A stretch of DNA of 64,000 nt from Balamuthia mandrillaris (taxonomy: Eukaryota). This document shows positions 27,001 to 41,092 of the stretch, in pieces (the stretch's first letter is position 1; every line of letters begins with the position of its first letter). The translations under genes and the position numbers were made by a program. The notes below the pieces were generated by a model. It was not told where the DNA came from. It worked only from the letters and a program-made list of their open reading frames with translations, and made no database searches. Location: the NCBI GenBank assembly GCA_031835245.2, contig JAVKOQ020000004.1:186001-250000 (forward strand), read 5' to 3'.

Positions 27001-29139
27001 TTACAACCGATCTCCCATGACCTTGACGGCGGTGGCGGCCAGGAAGCCGAACAAGGTGGCCAGGCCCACCACCGTGTTGGCGTGGGCAAAGGCCTCGGGC
27101 AGCATGGTCTGGGCGATCATGGTGAGCATGGCACCCCCCGCCAGGCCCTCGATGAACACCACCACGGCCAGCTCCCACCCCACCGGCTCGCTGGTGAAGA
27201 GCAGGGCGCCGATGCCCGCCCCGATGCCGGTGGTGATGAAGATGCTGCCCCAGAGCAGCATGACCTTCCACCGGCTGAGGCCCTGGAGGCGCATGCCGGG
27301 GGCGCAGGCCATGGCCTCGGGCAGGTTGGAGAGAAAGACGCCCACGATGAAGGCCCAGCTGATGGAGTTGCTCACGGCCATGGTGCCGATGATCAGCGAC
27401 TCGGGGATGCTGTCGATGGTGATGCCCAACCAGATGCCCAACACGGAGTTGTGCGGGGTGTCGGCATGGGCGTCAGAGTCGTGGTGGTCCTCTAGTTGGG
27501 CCTCCTCATCGTGCTGAGGAGCGGAGGCAGCGGTGGAGACAGCAGAAAGGTCAGGGGCATTTGGCTGAGATTTTCTGAAAAGGCGGTGAGGAGGAGCGAG
27601 CCTTTTTTTCTTGTGTTTTCTTCTAATTTCATGAGGAAGCTCCGTAGATTGGCGTAGAAGGTCGGTGCTGGTGCGGTCCACAGCAGTGCCTAAAGGGAAA
27701 AAGTCCTCTTGCGAACCAACTGGCGAAAGTCTCGTAGTATTGTTTCTTTCATTTTGTCCTTCTTCTCCATCTCCTTCGTCTTCGCTTTCTTCACATTCTT
27801 CGTCTGATGTCTCATCCTCGTTGGAATATTGTTTTTCTCCTTCATCTTCCACCTCCTCTTCTTTCTTTGTTTTCTGTTTATCTGAAAGGGATTGCAATGA
27901 AGAGGGAAGTTCTCTCAACTCCAACTCAGAATTAACGTCTTCGCTGGAATAGTCGTGGCGACTGTCCGGTAGGATGACGAGAGATGACTTCAAGGCTTTT
28001 CCGAGCTTTCTTCTTTTTTCACGTATCCCTTTTCTGTTTTGTTTGTTTCGTCTTGATATGTTCTTCCTTCTTTTTGCAGCGGAGCCATCCTCATCCTCCG
28101 AGGAAGGCGAAGAGGAAGCAACAGAAAAGTCAAGAGCAGAAGAGTCATCCGTTCCGTCATCATCTGTCAATGCTTCTCTATCGTACCCATAGTACTCTCT
28201 GAATTCTTCCTCTTTAAGATAGTTATCGTTGTCCGTTGGCCTGAGTGCTGCGTGCGTGACACCCTCTCCTCCAACGTTACGGTCTTCATGCAATTCCCTT
28301 CCATCAACAGTTCCATACCGTGCCTGGACTCTACGAAGAACTCGTAACGCGTGGAAGACATCCAGCATCATAACTGTAGTCTTGTCCACCGCTGTAGCCG
28401 AGGACCGTACGAATTTGCCTGTAATGCATTCGATGTTACCAAACATGCCACCAGCCCCCACCAGTTCCACAAGGTCCTCCCTTCTCTTTCTTTCTTCTCC
28501 TTCTTCGCTCCTGGCGTGATGCTCCTCGATTTCCTCGTTCTCCGCGTCTGTTGTTGTCTTTAGTTGGTCCACTCCCATCGCCTGTCCGTTCCTGACTTCC
28601 ACTACTCCTTTCACAACCAAGAAGATGGGCACGTCCTCCTTTTGCGAGTCTTTGAAGATGATCTCTCCTGCTGCAAAGGTGCGTTCCTTCATGTGCTCCG
28701 TCAAGTGCAACAGCTCCAAGAACGAGGCGTTACGGAAGCCTTCCACGCGCTTCAGCTGGCTGACCACCCTCAGCATGAAGGGATAACGAAGACGGCGCTG
28801 CGTGCTGGAGAGCCTGCGAAGAAAGGCTCCCCACTTGTCCAACATGTGGTTCAGCACGGAGAAACAGATGCCACCCACGATGGCGCCAAGGATGAGACAG
28901 ACAGGCACGAACCAGTGTTTGTCCACCTCCTCCTTATCCATGTGCTTGGGATGGATGAGGGACTCTGCAAAGAGCTCCACAGCCAAGGCGAACAGAAGCG
29001 CCCCTCCACCAAAAGACATGAGCGTGGAGATGACCACCTTCCTTGGGTGAAAGTACATGCCCAAAAAGGCGCCCAGTGGGAGGGACACAGCACTGGCTAA
29101 GCCCCATGCAACGGCAATGGCTACCACTTGGGCACCCAT
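27001..29139 (-). CDS. ZIP-family (GufA/ZupT-like) metal transporter with inserted cyclic-nucleotide-binding domain; intronless
   Basis: TM1-3 (LMSFGGGALLFALAVELF); cNMP-like FAAGEIIF...FLVVKGVVEV...GGMFG...RSSATA; TM4/5 IDSIPES and FLSNLPEA; C-terminal GGAMLTMIAQTMLPEAF. Confidence 0.85.
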   Translation of the reverse strand: MGAQVVAIAVAWGLASAVSLPLGAFLGMYFHPRKVVISTLMSFGGGALLFALAVELFAESLIHPKHMDKEEVDKHWFVPVCLILGAIVGGICFSVLNHMLDKWGAFLRRLSSTQRRLRYPFMLRVVSQLKRVEGFRNASFLELLHLTEHMKERTFAAGEIIFKDSQKEDVPIFLVVKGVVEVRNGQAMGVDQLKTTTDAENEEIEEHHARSEEGEERKRREDLVELVGAGGMFGNIECITGKFVRSSATAVDKTTVMMLDVFHALRVLRRVQARYGTVDGRELHEDRNVGGEGVTHAALRPTDNDNYLKEEEFREYYGYDREALTDDDGTDDSSALDFSVASSSPSSEDEDGSAAKRRKNISRRNKQNRKGIREKRRKLGKALKSSLVILPDSRHDYSSEDVNSELELRELPSSLQSLSDKQKTKKEEEVEDEGEKQYSNEDETSDEECEESEDEGDGEEGQNERNNTTRLSPVGSQEDFFPLGTAVDRTSTDLLRQSTELPHEIRRKHKKKRLAPPHRLFRKSQPNAPDLSAVSTAASAPQHDEEAQLEDHHDSDAHADTPHNSVLGIWLGITIDSIPESLIIGTMAVSNSISWAFIVGVFLSNLPEAMACAPGMRLQGLSRWKVMLLWGSIFITTGIGAGIGALLFTSEPVGWELAVVVFIEGLAGGAMLTMIAQTMLPEAFAHANTVVGLATLFGFLAATAVKVMGDRL

Positions 29140-29475
29140 CTCCCTCTGTGTTGATGGTTTGAGGTCCTCCTTCTGTTGTTATCCTTCACCGTGAGAAAAA
29201 GGAAGGGAGAAGGAAGGAACAGAAAAACCACCACTAACCCCCTCCCCCAAAGTTTGTCAACCTCCAAAAGTAAGATGCTGCTGCTACTACTGGTAAATGT
29301 TACTTTTTTTTTCCTACTCTTTGGGGAACACAGCGATGATGCTTCTTTTCCCTCTTCTCCACTACTTTCTTTTTTTTTCTGTTTTGCGTAGTGGCCAAGT
29401 CTGGACTGCTGCGGACCACCGCGTAGCCACTGTCGACATAAAATAGGGAATACGAAAATTGTTGTTGTTTGAGTG

Positions 29476-29561
29476 GTAATTTATTTGCAAATATTGACCA
29501 ACATGATCAATAAAAACGAAAGGTTGTAATTTATTTGCAAATATTGACAAACGTGATCAAT
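29476..29561. promoter_or_regulatory. Two 36-bp direct repeats containing the palindrome TATTTGCAAATA, upstream of the ZIP gene
   Basis: Copies at 29476-29511 and 29526-29561 with 2 mismatches. A regulatory role is inferred. Confidence 0.5.
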
Positions 29562-29619
29562 TTTTTTTAGTCGCACTAGGATTTATTTACAAGGAGAGAG
29601 ACTCGCAGAGAGAGAGGAG

Positions 29620-29670
<51 letters not shown>

Positions 29671-29699
29671 GAAGGGATAGTGTAGTTGGCCATTCCAGG

Positions 29700-30118
29700 T
29701 TAGCTGCTGCTGCCGGCGGCGTTTTTGCGTTGCTGAACGAGGCTTTCGGTAAAGAACTCGGCAGCGCGATAGGAAGACCGAACCATTGCACCGCTTGCAA
29801 CGTAAGCTGTGGAGAGGGGGTTCGGTCAGCAAAAGAGTCCTAGAGGAAAAGAGGGGGAGATAGGAGAAGAGAAGGAAGATAGGGAATAGAGGATCAACGT
29901 ACCAAAGCCCATCTCCTCTTCGCCCACTTTCTTCCATTGGGCAAATTGCTCGGGCGTGATGTAAGCGGCCACCTCAATGTGTCTCTTGCTCGGACGGAGG
30001 TACTGCCCAAAGGTGAGGATCTCCACACCAACATCCCTCAAGTCCCGCATGGCTTGCCTCACTTCATCATCCTTCTCACCAAGTCCCTATTTGCAACACG
30101 ACTCGTTGAATAAACACG

Positions 30119-30161
<43 letters not shown>

Positions 30162-31317
30162 GAAAGAGTACCAGCATGATAGAAGATTTCGTGACGACCT
30201 CCGGTTGGAACTTCTTGGCCGCCTGCAAGACATCCAACGACTGCCTGTAGTTGGCCCTCCTGTCCCTCACCCACTCCTGCAGGCCCTCCACAGTCTCCAC
30301 GTTGTGGGCAAACACGTCCAGGCCGCTGGTGGCCACCTCCTTGACGGCCTCCATGTCCCCTGCAAAGTCCGGCACCAAACACTCCACCAGGAGGCCCGGC
30401 TGGCGTCGCTTGAGGTTGCGGACGGTGTCGGCGAAATGGCGGGAACCGCCGTCCGCCAGGTCGTCCCTGTCCACGCTGGTCAGCACCACGTACTTCAGCC
30501 CCCACTTCGCGATAGCCTCCGCCACGTGCGCCGGCTCCTTGGGGTCCGGCGGGGGAGGCGTCCGCGAGGTCTTCACCGCGCAGAAGCGACAGCCCCTGGT
30601 GCAGGTGTCCCCCAGCAGCATGATGGTGGCCGTGCCGCCGCTCCAGCACTCCCCGATATTGGGGCAGCGTGCCTCCTGGCAGACGGTGTTGAGGTTAAGG
30701 CCCTCGAGGGAGCGGCGGAGCTCGTGGTACTTCTCGCCGGTGGGGGCGGGGGCCTTGATCCAGGCCGGCAGGCGCTCACGGTTCTTGCGCAGGGAGCGGG
30801 CTGCCTTCTTGATGGCCTCGAGCTCGTAGTCGGAGCGTTCTCGTTGAGCGGCTTTGTTGGGGTTGGAAGGTTTGTTCGCGGCAGCGGAGGAAGTGGTGGA
30901 ACAAGAGGAGGAAGAGAGGTGTTCGTCTTCTGTCCCTTCTTGCTCCTCGCCTCCTGATGATCGGAGGAAGAAATCGAGTTCTAGCTCAGCAGCGCCGTTG
31001 TCCAGCGCGTTCTTCAGAGTATCAAGCCTCGACTGTCTTGTCGCTCGCTGCGAGGTGGCAAACATGGATGAAGAAGAAGAAGCGGCAGCAGCGGTGGTGT
31101 CAGAGTTTTCCTCTGTGCGGATGACATTTGTTGCATCTGTTGTTGAGGTGGGCTCAGCGGCAGTGGAGTAAGCGAAGCGGAAAGCAGAGCCCGAGACCGG
31201 TGAACGGGAGCAGAGAGAAAAGTAGGACGTTGGATAACAGCCAGCAGCCCTTCGTGCACGAGAAAGGGAGGGGCAAGGAGGGACCGCTGCAGGCAAACGT
31301 GTGCGCTTGAGTCTCAT
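29700..31317 (-). CDS. LIAS: Lipoyl synthase (radical SAM), mitochondrial; 3 exons
   Basis: [35 protein letters not shown]. Confidence 0.95.
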
Positions 31318-31509
31318 CCTGTTGTGCTTGTTCTGCTACCTTTTTTTCTTAGAAATGGACGTCATTTTGTGCAGTTATCGAGCAGCAGCCTCTGGTATGT
31401 GCAGCATCTGCGCACGAGTTCTGCCCATAGATTTGTCGTCAAAATTTTAAAGTTTCCACTGGAAAAATTTCTTAGAAAAAAGTACAGCAAAAAAAAGGGT
31501 AGAGTGAAG

Positions 31510-32752
31510 ATGGCTTCTTTCTGCTCTTGCAATGGCCATCACTGCGGCGGTGGACATCCTGCCCCAGCACGACCACAACCAAACGCGAGGAACCCAGAAG
31601 GGCGCGAAGAAAAAGCAGAGGAGGAGGAAGACGTTTTCGAGCTGCCAGCGCATGACAAAACCGAAAACGAAAACGGGAGGAAGCAGCGTTTGTCCATCCA
31701 AGGGGTGGCGCAGCTGTGCTTTGTCTACGTGGGTGAGCAGAGCTGCATTCAAGGCCACTTCATAGATATAACCAACCGGCAGTGCTACGGCGTAATGGCC
31801 ACGGGTATTTACTGTCGCTCCACTACTTTTCTTTTGCCCTGTGTGGTTCGAGACTTCTTACGGTGATGAATAATTCAGAAACTTTGCCGCCCGCAAGCGA
31901 AGAGATGAACTGTTGTTGCTGCCTTGGGGATGACAAACCCGTTTGGTATTCCTTGCGTCTCCTGCAGTTCCAGGTTTTGTACAACCTTAAATATGTTCTC
32001 GTTCTCTCGTCTTGTTGCCGGTCTTCGTCTTGTTCTCCTCCTTCTGCTTCTGCTTCTTCTTCTTCATCATCATCATCTTCTTCTTCTTCTTCTTCTTCTT
32101 CTTCTTCTTCTTCTTCTTCTTCTTCTTCTTCTTCTCCTTCGTCTTCTTCTGTTCTCCTCTTCCTCCTCCTTCTGCTTCTTGTTCTCCTTCTTCTCCTTCT
32201 TCTTTTACCCTCTTGTGCTTCTTCTTCCATTCTTTTGTTCCTCCTTTTCTCTTGGCTCACTCCTTTTTTTTTTGGCCTTCTGCGCTCTTTCTTGAACAAA
32301 ATGAATGCACATTCAAGACCGGAAAAGTATTTGTGGATGTGGTCAGCAAGAAAGGCGGCGACTACGCCACACTCTCATCGCCACACATCTCCTTCACAAC
32401 AGATCGCCTGAAAACGGACGAAGCAGCCAAAGAAGAGGTCCTTCGCTCTGGCAAATATGGGCTGTCAGCAGCCAACTTGAAAGAGAATGTGGATCTGTGC
32501 TTGTGCACCGGTTCTTTTGCTCTCTCTGGTGCAAAGTTTAGAGAAGAGGCAGAGGAGGAAGAATCGCATCAAGACAAAGAGAAGCAAACGGAAAGGAGGC
32601 GAGAAGAAGAGAAGCTTGACGAGGAAGAAGAACGAATGATGGTGACTCGGACCCATGAAGTGAGTTCTGGCACGGGGTGGATGCGTAAGCTTCGTTCTCG
32701 AAGCCCCAACTCTGCTCGTTACGCGAAAAAAAACTCCGCGTCGACATGGTAA
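31510..32752 (+). CDS. Hypothetical Cys-rich protein; multi-exon
   Basis: Three exon-like ORF blocks separated by GT-AG pyrimidine introns; no recognised family. Confidence 0.5.
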
Positions 32753-33041
32753 GAAGGCGGGGTGTGAACAAACTGTGAACAAACTGAGCAGAGACGAGAA
32801 ATTTTGATCAAAAATTTTCCTTATTTGGGCTAACATTTCGAATTTGGATGGACGTTTCGTCAATCTCTCTTTCACGTTTCTCCAAAGGGGTTTGATGGAC
32901 AAAGGAGTCACCATGGTTCAAATACGAAGCTCAAACGCGGGGGATACTCCACCACTTTCTGGTAGACTTGCAAGTTCCAGCAAAACTTTCAACCAGAAAA
33001 AGGAGACAAACAAACTTTCAGGCAGAGCCAGAAAGTAAAAG

Positions 33042-33665
33042 ATGGGAAACACACAAGGACATACCCTGAGGTTGAAGAGAGCATCTTTCAAAACGAATCA
33101 GAGCGACGGCAACACCAACACGGTGACCATTCGTTTCGATGCCAACGACCCCTCCTGCCCTTATCTCTCCTACACCGGCCAATACAAGGAGCTCCAACGT
33201 GGAGTCTACGCCCTGCACGGCCAAGGCCGCATGCTCTGGAAGAACGGCGACGAGTACGAGGGTCAGTGGCGACGCAACAAGAGGCATGGCCACGGGGTGA
33301 TGACCTGGCTGGAGGCCGAGGAGAGCTGGAGGGTTAAGCCCAGGAAAGAGCGGTATGAGGGGGAATGGAGGAACGACCGGATGCACGGCAGGGGAGCCAT
33401 GGAATGGAGCGACGGCTCCTGCTACTGTGGGGAGTGGCGCAAGGGCATGGAGGACGGCGTTGGGGTCTACATCTACCCCAACGGGGACAAGTGGGTGGGC
33501 GCCTGGCAGAAGGGGAAGAGGGAGAGGAGACGAACGGAGGGAAGGTTGGTGGAGAGGGGACACGAGGATGAGATCGAGTGCGAGAACATATGGGAGGAGG
33601 ATGACACGTTCGACTTTGCCGTGGAGGTACTGGCCACGTTCCTTCCGATGACAAAGCAACCCTAA
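33042..33665 (+). CDS. MORN repeat protein
   Basis: YEGQWRRNKRHGHG, YEGEWRNDRMHGRG, YCGEWRKGMEDGVG. Confidence 0.85.
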   Translation: MGNTQGHTLRLKRASFKTNQSDGNTNTVTIRFDANDPSCPYLSYTGQYKELQRGVYALHGQGRMLWKNGDEYEGQWRRNKRHGHGVMTWLEAEESWRVKPRKERYEGEWRNDRMHGRGAMEWSDGSCYCGEWRKGMEDGVGVYIYPNGDKWVGAWQKGKRERRRTEGRLVERGHEDEIECENIWEEDDTFDFAVEVLATFLPMTKQP

Positions 33666-33915
33666 GAGAGAGAAGCCACCGCCGTGGTTATGGTGTTTCT
33701 TTCGTTTTCAAATGTAACTGTTCAGCAATCAAAATGTAAATTATCGAAAATAACTGGTCACAGTTCGATTATTGTTACACACCGGGAAATTATCGATACG
33801 AATCGTTCCCGCCAAAATTTTCCCGCCATTTTCTCAGTTTGGTTACCAAAAGTACGGCGCGTAGCTTGCGATATCGCAAGTAGAAAAAAAACAACGCTAC
33901 CAAGAAAAGAAAATA

Positions 33916-34767
33916 ATGGAACAAAGCATGGAGGCCTCCGATGTGTTGCGGGTGAAGCGGTTGTCGGAACGCGCGCACCTGCCGTTGCGTGCCACCGCGG
34001 GGGCTGCTGGCTATGACTTGTGCAGGTACCGTACACCATCTCGTTGGCATCCAGCCATCCAATCCGCCCAAAAGAAAAAAAAAAATAAATAAAGATTTTG
34101 AGGTGAGATGAGTGAGTGTTTTTTTTTTTAAAAAAAATTCATCGTTGGCTTCGTGGTCGTGATATTAAATAGTGCTGAGGATTGCGTGATTCCGGCCAGA
34201 GGCAAGGCTCTTGTCAGCACCCAACTCATCGTTGCCATCCCGGAAAATCACTACGGCCGTGTTGGTATGTTTCCTCCTCATCCCTCTCGTTCTCGCCTTC
34301 CCTCCTGTGTTCTCACACTCTCCTTTTGCTCACTCTGCCCTTCCTCTCCTGTTATTCTTTATTTTTTTTTCGGTGTGGTTGCCCGATGCACAGCTCCTCG
34401 TTCTTCGTTGGCGTGGAAAAACTTCATCGACGTGGGCGCAGGCGTCATCGACTGTGACTACCGCGGCGAACTTAAAGTAGTACTCTACAACCACGCAGAA
34501 ACTGACTTTGAGGGTTTGTTCTCTCTTCTCTTTTCTCACTCACTCACTCTCTCTTCCTCCTATTTCTTTCGATCTTTCTCTTCTCTGTGTCTTTCTTCCA
34601 TACTCACTTGTGTGACTTTTAATCCATCAGTCAAAGCAGGAGAACGCATTGCCCAACTCATCATCGAGAAAATCTCTCTGCCAACCGTGGTGGAAGTGGA
34701 CGACATCGAAGCCACCGTCCGAGGGGCCGGTGGCTTTGGTTCTACCAACAAGCCATCTTCCAACTAA
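33916..34767 (+). CDS. DUT: dUTP diphosphatase (trimeric dUTPase); 4 exons
   Basis: All five motifs present: AAGYDL, APRSSLA, GVIDCDYRGE, ERIAQL, RGAGGFGST. Confidence 0.95.
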
Positions 34768-34850
34768 ACAAACAAACAGATCTTCAACCTATTCGCTCTT
34801 CTCTCTCTCTCTCTCTCTCTGTGTTGCTTGTTGTTTCTTTTTGTTATTAT

Positions 34851-37047
<2,197 letters not shown>

Positions 37048-37601
37048 CGTGAAGAGAATATAAATATTTTGTAAAGAAAATAAATACCGATCAAGTTTGA
37101 TGAAAAAGAAAGGAGCAAGTTGGATTTGGGGAAACCAAAGAAATAAATAAATAAATCACAAAACCACAGAGTTGTTTTTTGCTGAGTGTTTGTAAGCTGC
37201 TTAGGGCAAAAAGAGAATAAAGTTTTTTTTAAAAAAAAAAAGAGGGCAAACCCGAGAAGAAAGAGGCCGCGCCACACACGGGTCTTTCTCTTCTCTCTCC
37301 TTCCTTCCTTCTTTCCTTTCTCCTTTGTCTTTTCCCAGTTTTGTGCTCCCGAAATTCGTCGAAACGGAACGGGACCTTTCACGATTATTTGTTCATTGGA
37401 TAGGATAATTATCGTAATTCAAATTACCATCAATAATGTCGACAGTATAAATTTGTTGCGATAATTATTCATACATGATGATATTGTAGATCGCAAATGT
37501 TAATATTTGTCGACATATATTATCGATATGTCTACAAATAAAATAGTAATTATCGAAATAAGCAACCAAAAAAAACAAAAAAGATTAGATGACCAGCAGC
37601 C

Positions 37602-38731
37602 ATGATGGTCGTGCGGAGTCGAATAGGGTGCTACCAGTACTTGGGCGTCTTGGCCCTCAACCTTGTGGTCTTGCTTTGGCTCGTTCCCTTGTTGTACCGA
37701 CCGCCCACCTGCAGTGACGTGCCCGCCGCTCGCTTCATCTACGTACCTTCCTCCTCTCCTTCTCCTTCTTCCTCTTCTCCTCAGCCGTTGAACCAACGGC
37801 ATGAAGAGCAGCAGCAACAACAACAACAAACAACCTCTGGACCATGCCCACCTCCACCGGAACCTCTTCCATGTGTTCAACGAACAGAAGGAGTGGAAGA
37901 AGGGAGAAGAAAGGAGCAGGAGAAGGAGGAGGAGGAGACCATGGGTGTTATTTATGTGATGACGCGGGAGACGAGAATGGCGGACGAGGCGTTGATGTCG
38001 GCCAAGAGCATTCGTGCGCTCTATCCGGACATGGCCATCACCTTCTTTGCCGACGCCACCATTCTTCGGGTTCGTGTGTTTGACTTGTATTTCTTTCTTT
38101 CGATCCTGTCTTCTGTTCTTATTTTTGAAAGTCTTCTTGTTCTCCTCCTTCTTCTTTTCATCCTTGTTCTTCTAGTTCTTCCTCTTCTCTTTCTTCTCCT
38201 TCTCCTCCTTCTCTTTCTTGTTCTTGTTCTTGTTCTTGTTCTTGTTCTTGTTCTTGTTCTTGTTCTTGTTCTTGTTCTTGTTCTTGTTCTTGTTCTTGTT
38301 CTTGTTCTTGTTCTTGTTCTTGTTCTTCTTCTTCTTCTTCTTCGTTCTTCTTCTTCGTTCTTCTTGTTCTTGTTCTTCTTCTTCTTCTTCTTCTTCTTCT
38401 TCTTCTTCTTCTTCTTGTTCCTCTCCTTCTTCTTCTTTCTTCTTTCTTCTTTCTTCTTGGTTCTCTAACCTTTGCTCTGTCATCATAAAAGTACTTGGAA
38501 ACAATAAAGAGCAGGGAGGGTCCACAGCCATACGACCAAGTTATTTCCGTCACCGACTGGAACCTTCCCACACACTCTCGCGACCGCTTTCCCAAGCTTC
38601 ACTCCTTCATCAAAACTCCTTATGACAAGTTCGTCTTTCTTGTCGTTTCTTGCTTTCTTTCTTTCTCTCTCTCTTTCTTGTCGTTTCTTTCTTGTCGTTT
38701 CTTTCTTTCTTGTCGTTTCTTTCTTGTCGTT

Positions 38732-38767
<36 letters not shown>

Positions 38768-39099
38768 TACATAGTCTAACGTAAAGCGTACCAAAACAGA
38801 ACTCTCTTCATGGACGTGGACACATACTTTTGCGGTGGTGATCTCCTGGAGCTCTTCTCCTGGCTGGACCGCTTTGACCTGCTGCTGACGGCGGCGCCCG
38901 CCCAACACATCAACAACCACCGCCGCCCCGGCGTGCCCTACGACTTTTTGGAGCTCAACTCGGGGGTGGTCCTCCTGCGGCGCTCCCCCGCCATGGAGCG
39001 AATGGTGTTGGATTGGGAGAGGCTGATGGTGGAGAAGCCGGCGGGGGATGATCGGGATCAACCGGCCTTACGGGAGGCCCTTTGGTTTGCCGATAGAAG

Positions 39100-39155
<56 letters not shown>

Positions 39156-39404
39156 TGGAGCTTGTTTTGTTCTGTATTGTTGGTTTGTGTGTTTGTTACC
39201 AACATTTTCCATGCCACTATAACCAGTTTGAGCTTCTATATCTTGCCGGAGAGTTGGAACTGTAGGCATGTAACGACCTGCCCCAAGAAGAGCAGCTGTC
39301 ACGTGGTGCACGCGCATGGAGCCGGTGCAGCCATGGCCGAATGGGAGAACAAGCTGGGAAAGAAGTGGACGCCACCTAAAACGCTCTATAAACCTGCCGC
39401 GTGA
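37602..39404 (+). CDS. Type II membrane GT-A fold glycosyltransferase (GT8/nucleotide-diphospho-sugar transferase-like); multi-exon
   Basis: N-terminal TM helix; KTPYD..T.FMDVDT (DxD), NSGVVLL, DQPAL, LPESWN. Confidence 0.75.
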
Positions 39405-39580
39405 GGCTTCGTTTCCCAAGGTTGTTTGTTGGACACGTTTTGCCGCTATCCAAGGTTTTGATGACGAAGTGTCGTCAAAAATTTGAGATCATCTTTTCAA
39501 AGGACCAACCAAAATTCAAAGCAGGGCACCCTGTTACCATAAATGGTTTAATAGTCGACGACAATTGAAACGAAGGGGAA

Positions 39581-41086
39581 ATGGAAGAGAAGAGCAGAAA
39601 CGCGGCGCCACTGCCCACGAGCTCGGTGTCCCGTTGTTGGGTGGAAGAGCTGCTCCCGGCCGAACTGCTGTGCTACATCTTGGAACAAAAGCTCGAGGAA
39701 CAAAGCGTTGCGCCAGCGGCAAGGACCTGTCGCAGGTGGTACGCCTGCAGCCCGCCTCACCTCCGGCAGAAGCTCTGCCTGCCGTGGGCCTGCACTTCGT
39801 TGGCGACTTTGCAATGGTCTCGTCTTCAACAGGACCTCCCTTGGGACGGGCATATCTGCAAGTTTGCTGCCGAGAACGGCCGGTTGGAAGTGCTGCAATG
39901 GGCCAGAGAGAACGGATGCCCTTGGGGCGAGACCACCTGCGATGCGGCCGCTGATGGGGGCCATTTGGCGGTGTTGCAGTGGGCGAGGAGCAATGGCTGT
40001 CCCTGGGGCAGAAACACTTGCTGGAAGGCCGCCAAGGGTGGTCATTTGCAAGTGCTGCAATGGGCCAGACGGAACGGATGCCCTTGGGACCCGCGCACTT
40101 GCGCCGCCGCCGCACAGAGTGGCCAGTTGGAAGTGCTGCAATGGGCCAGAGAGAACGGATGCCCTTGGGATGAGCGGACCTGCGCCTACGCCACAAAGAA
40201 CAGCCGATGGCCCGTGTTACGATGGGCCAGAGAGAACGGATGCCCCTGGAATGAAGAGACCTTTCACTGGGCCGCTCACAACGGCCAGTTGGAAGTGTTG
40301 CAATGGCTAGCAGAAAACGGGTGCCCTTGGAATGAACAGACTTGTCGATGGGCTGCTGGCAGGGGTCGTCTGGCGGTGTTGCAATGGCTAAGAGAGAAGG
40401 GATGTCCTTGGGATGCAACCACCTGCGCGCTGGCTGCCAGGCGAGGCCGTTTAGAAGTGTTGCAATGGGCCAGGGAGAACGGATGCCCTTGGGATAAGCA
40501 GACCTGCGCGTTTGCTGCCACCAACGCCCGATGGGAGGCGCTGAAATGGGCGAGAGAGAACGGATGCCCTTGGGATGAAGAGGCTGGCGCCTGGGTTGCT
40601 TGGCACGGCCATGTGGAGATGTTGCAGTGGCTCAGACAGAACGGATGTCCTTGGGATGAGCGGACCTGCGCCAAAGCTGCAAACAACGGGCAATGGCAAG
40701 CGTTGCGGTGGGCCAGAGAGAACGGATGCCCTTGGGACAGAGAGACCTGCAAGTGGGCTGCTTGGCACAACAATTTGGAGGTGTTGCAATGGCTAAGAGA
40801 GAAGGGATGCCCTTGGGATGGAGATACCTGCGCTTGGGCTGCTCGCAACGGCCACTTGGAGGCGTTGCAATGGGCCAGAGCAAACGGATGCCCTTGGGAC
40901 AAAAGGACTTGCTCCTTTGCTGCATCCTATGGCCATTTGGCGGTGTTGCAATGGGCATTAGAGCAGGGATGCCCTTGGGACGAAGAGGAAACTCGCTGGG
41001 AGGCTTGTAACCAACCCAAAGTGTTGAAATGGCTGAGTGCTTTTGTTCATTCCAAAGAAGCAAAAGGATCGATGTCAACCAAATAG
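39581..41086 (+). CDS. F-box-like + 'GCPW' ankyrin-like repeat protein, intronless
   Basis: LLPAELLCYIL...AARTCRRW followed by 14 copies of a 27-aa repeat (TC..AA..G.LEVLQWARENGCPWD). Confidence 0.85.
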   Translation: MEEKSRNAAPLPTSSVSRCWVEELLPAELLCYILEQKLEEQSVAPAARTCRRWYACSPPHLRQKLCLPWACTSLATLQWSRLQQDLPWDGHICKFAAENGRLEVLQWARENGCPWGETTCDAAADGGHLAVLQWARSNGCPWGRNTCWKAAKGGHLQVLQWARRNGCPWDPRTCAAAAQSGQLEVLQWARENGCPWDERTCAYATKNSRWPVLRWARENGCPWNEETFHWAAHNGQLEVLQWLAENGCPWNEQTCRWAAGRGRLAVLQWLREKGCPWDATTCALAARRGRLEVLQWARENGCPWDKQTCAFAATNARWEALKWARENGCPWDEEAGAWVAWHGHVEMLQWLRQNGCPWDERTCAKAANNGQWQALRWARENGCPWDRETCKWAAWHNNLEVLQWLREKGCPWDGDTCAWAARNGHLEALQWARANGCPWDKRTCSFAASYGHLAVLQWALEQGCPWDEEETRWEACNQPKVLKWLSAFVHSKEAKGSMSTK

Positions 41087-41092
41087 ATTCCA

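Noticed and set aside
29977..30957. Long + strand ORFs over lipoyl synthase (similar ones lie over villin, ZIP and MAM33)
   Set aside because: They are antisense shadow frames of GC3-rich coding exons.
33916..34767. dUTPase as a marker of an integrated virus
   Set aside because: It has three spliceosomal introns and cellular neighbours; no capsid, polymerase or integrase genes are present.
39840..41000. 81-bp periodic repeats as a CRISPR-like array
   Set aside because: They are protein-coding ankyrin-like repeats with codon-level variation.
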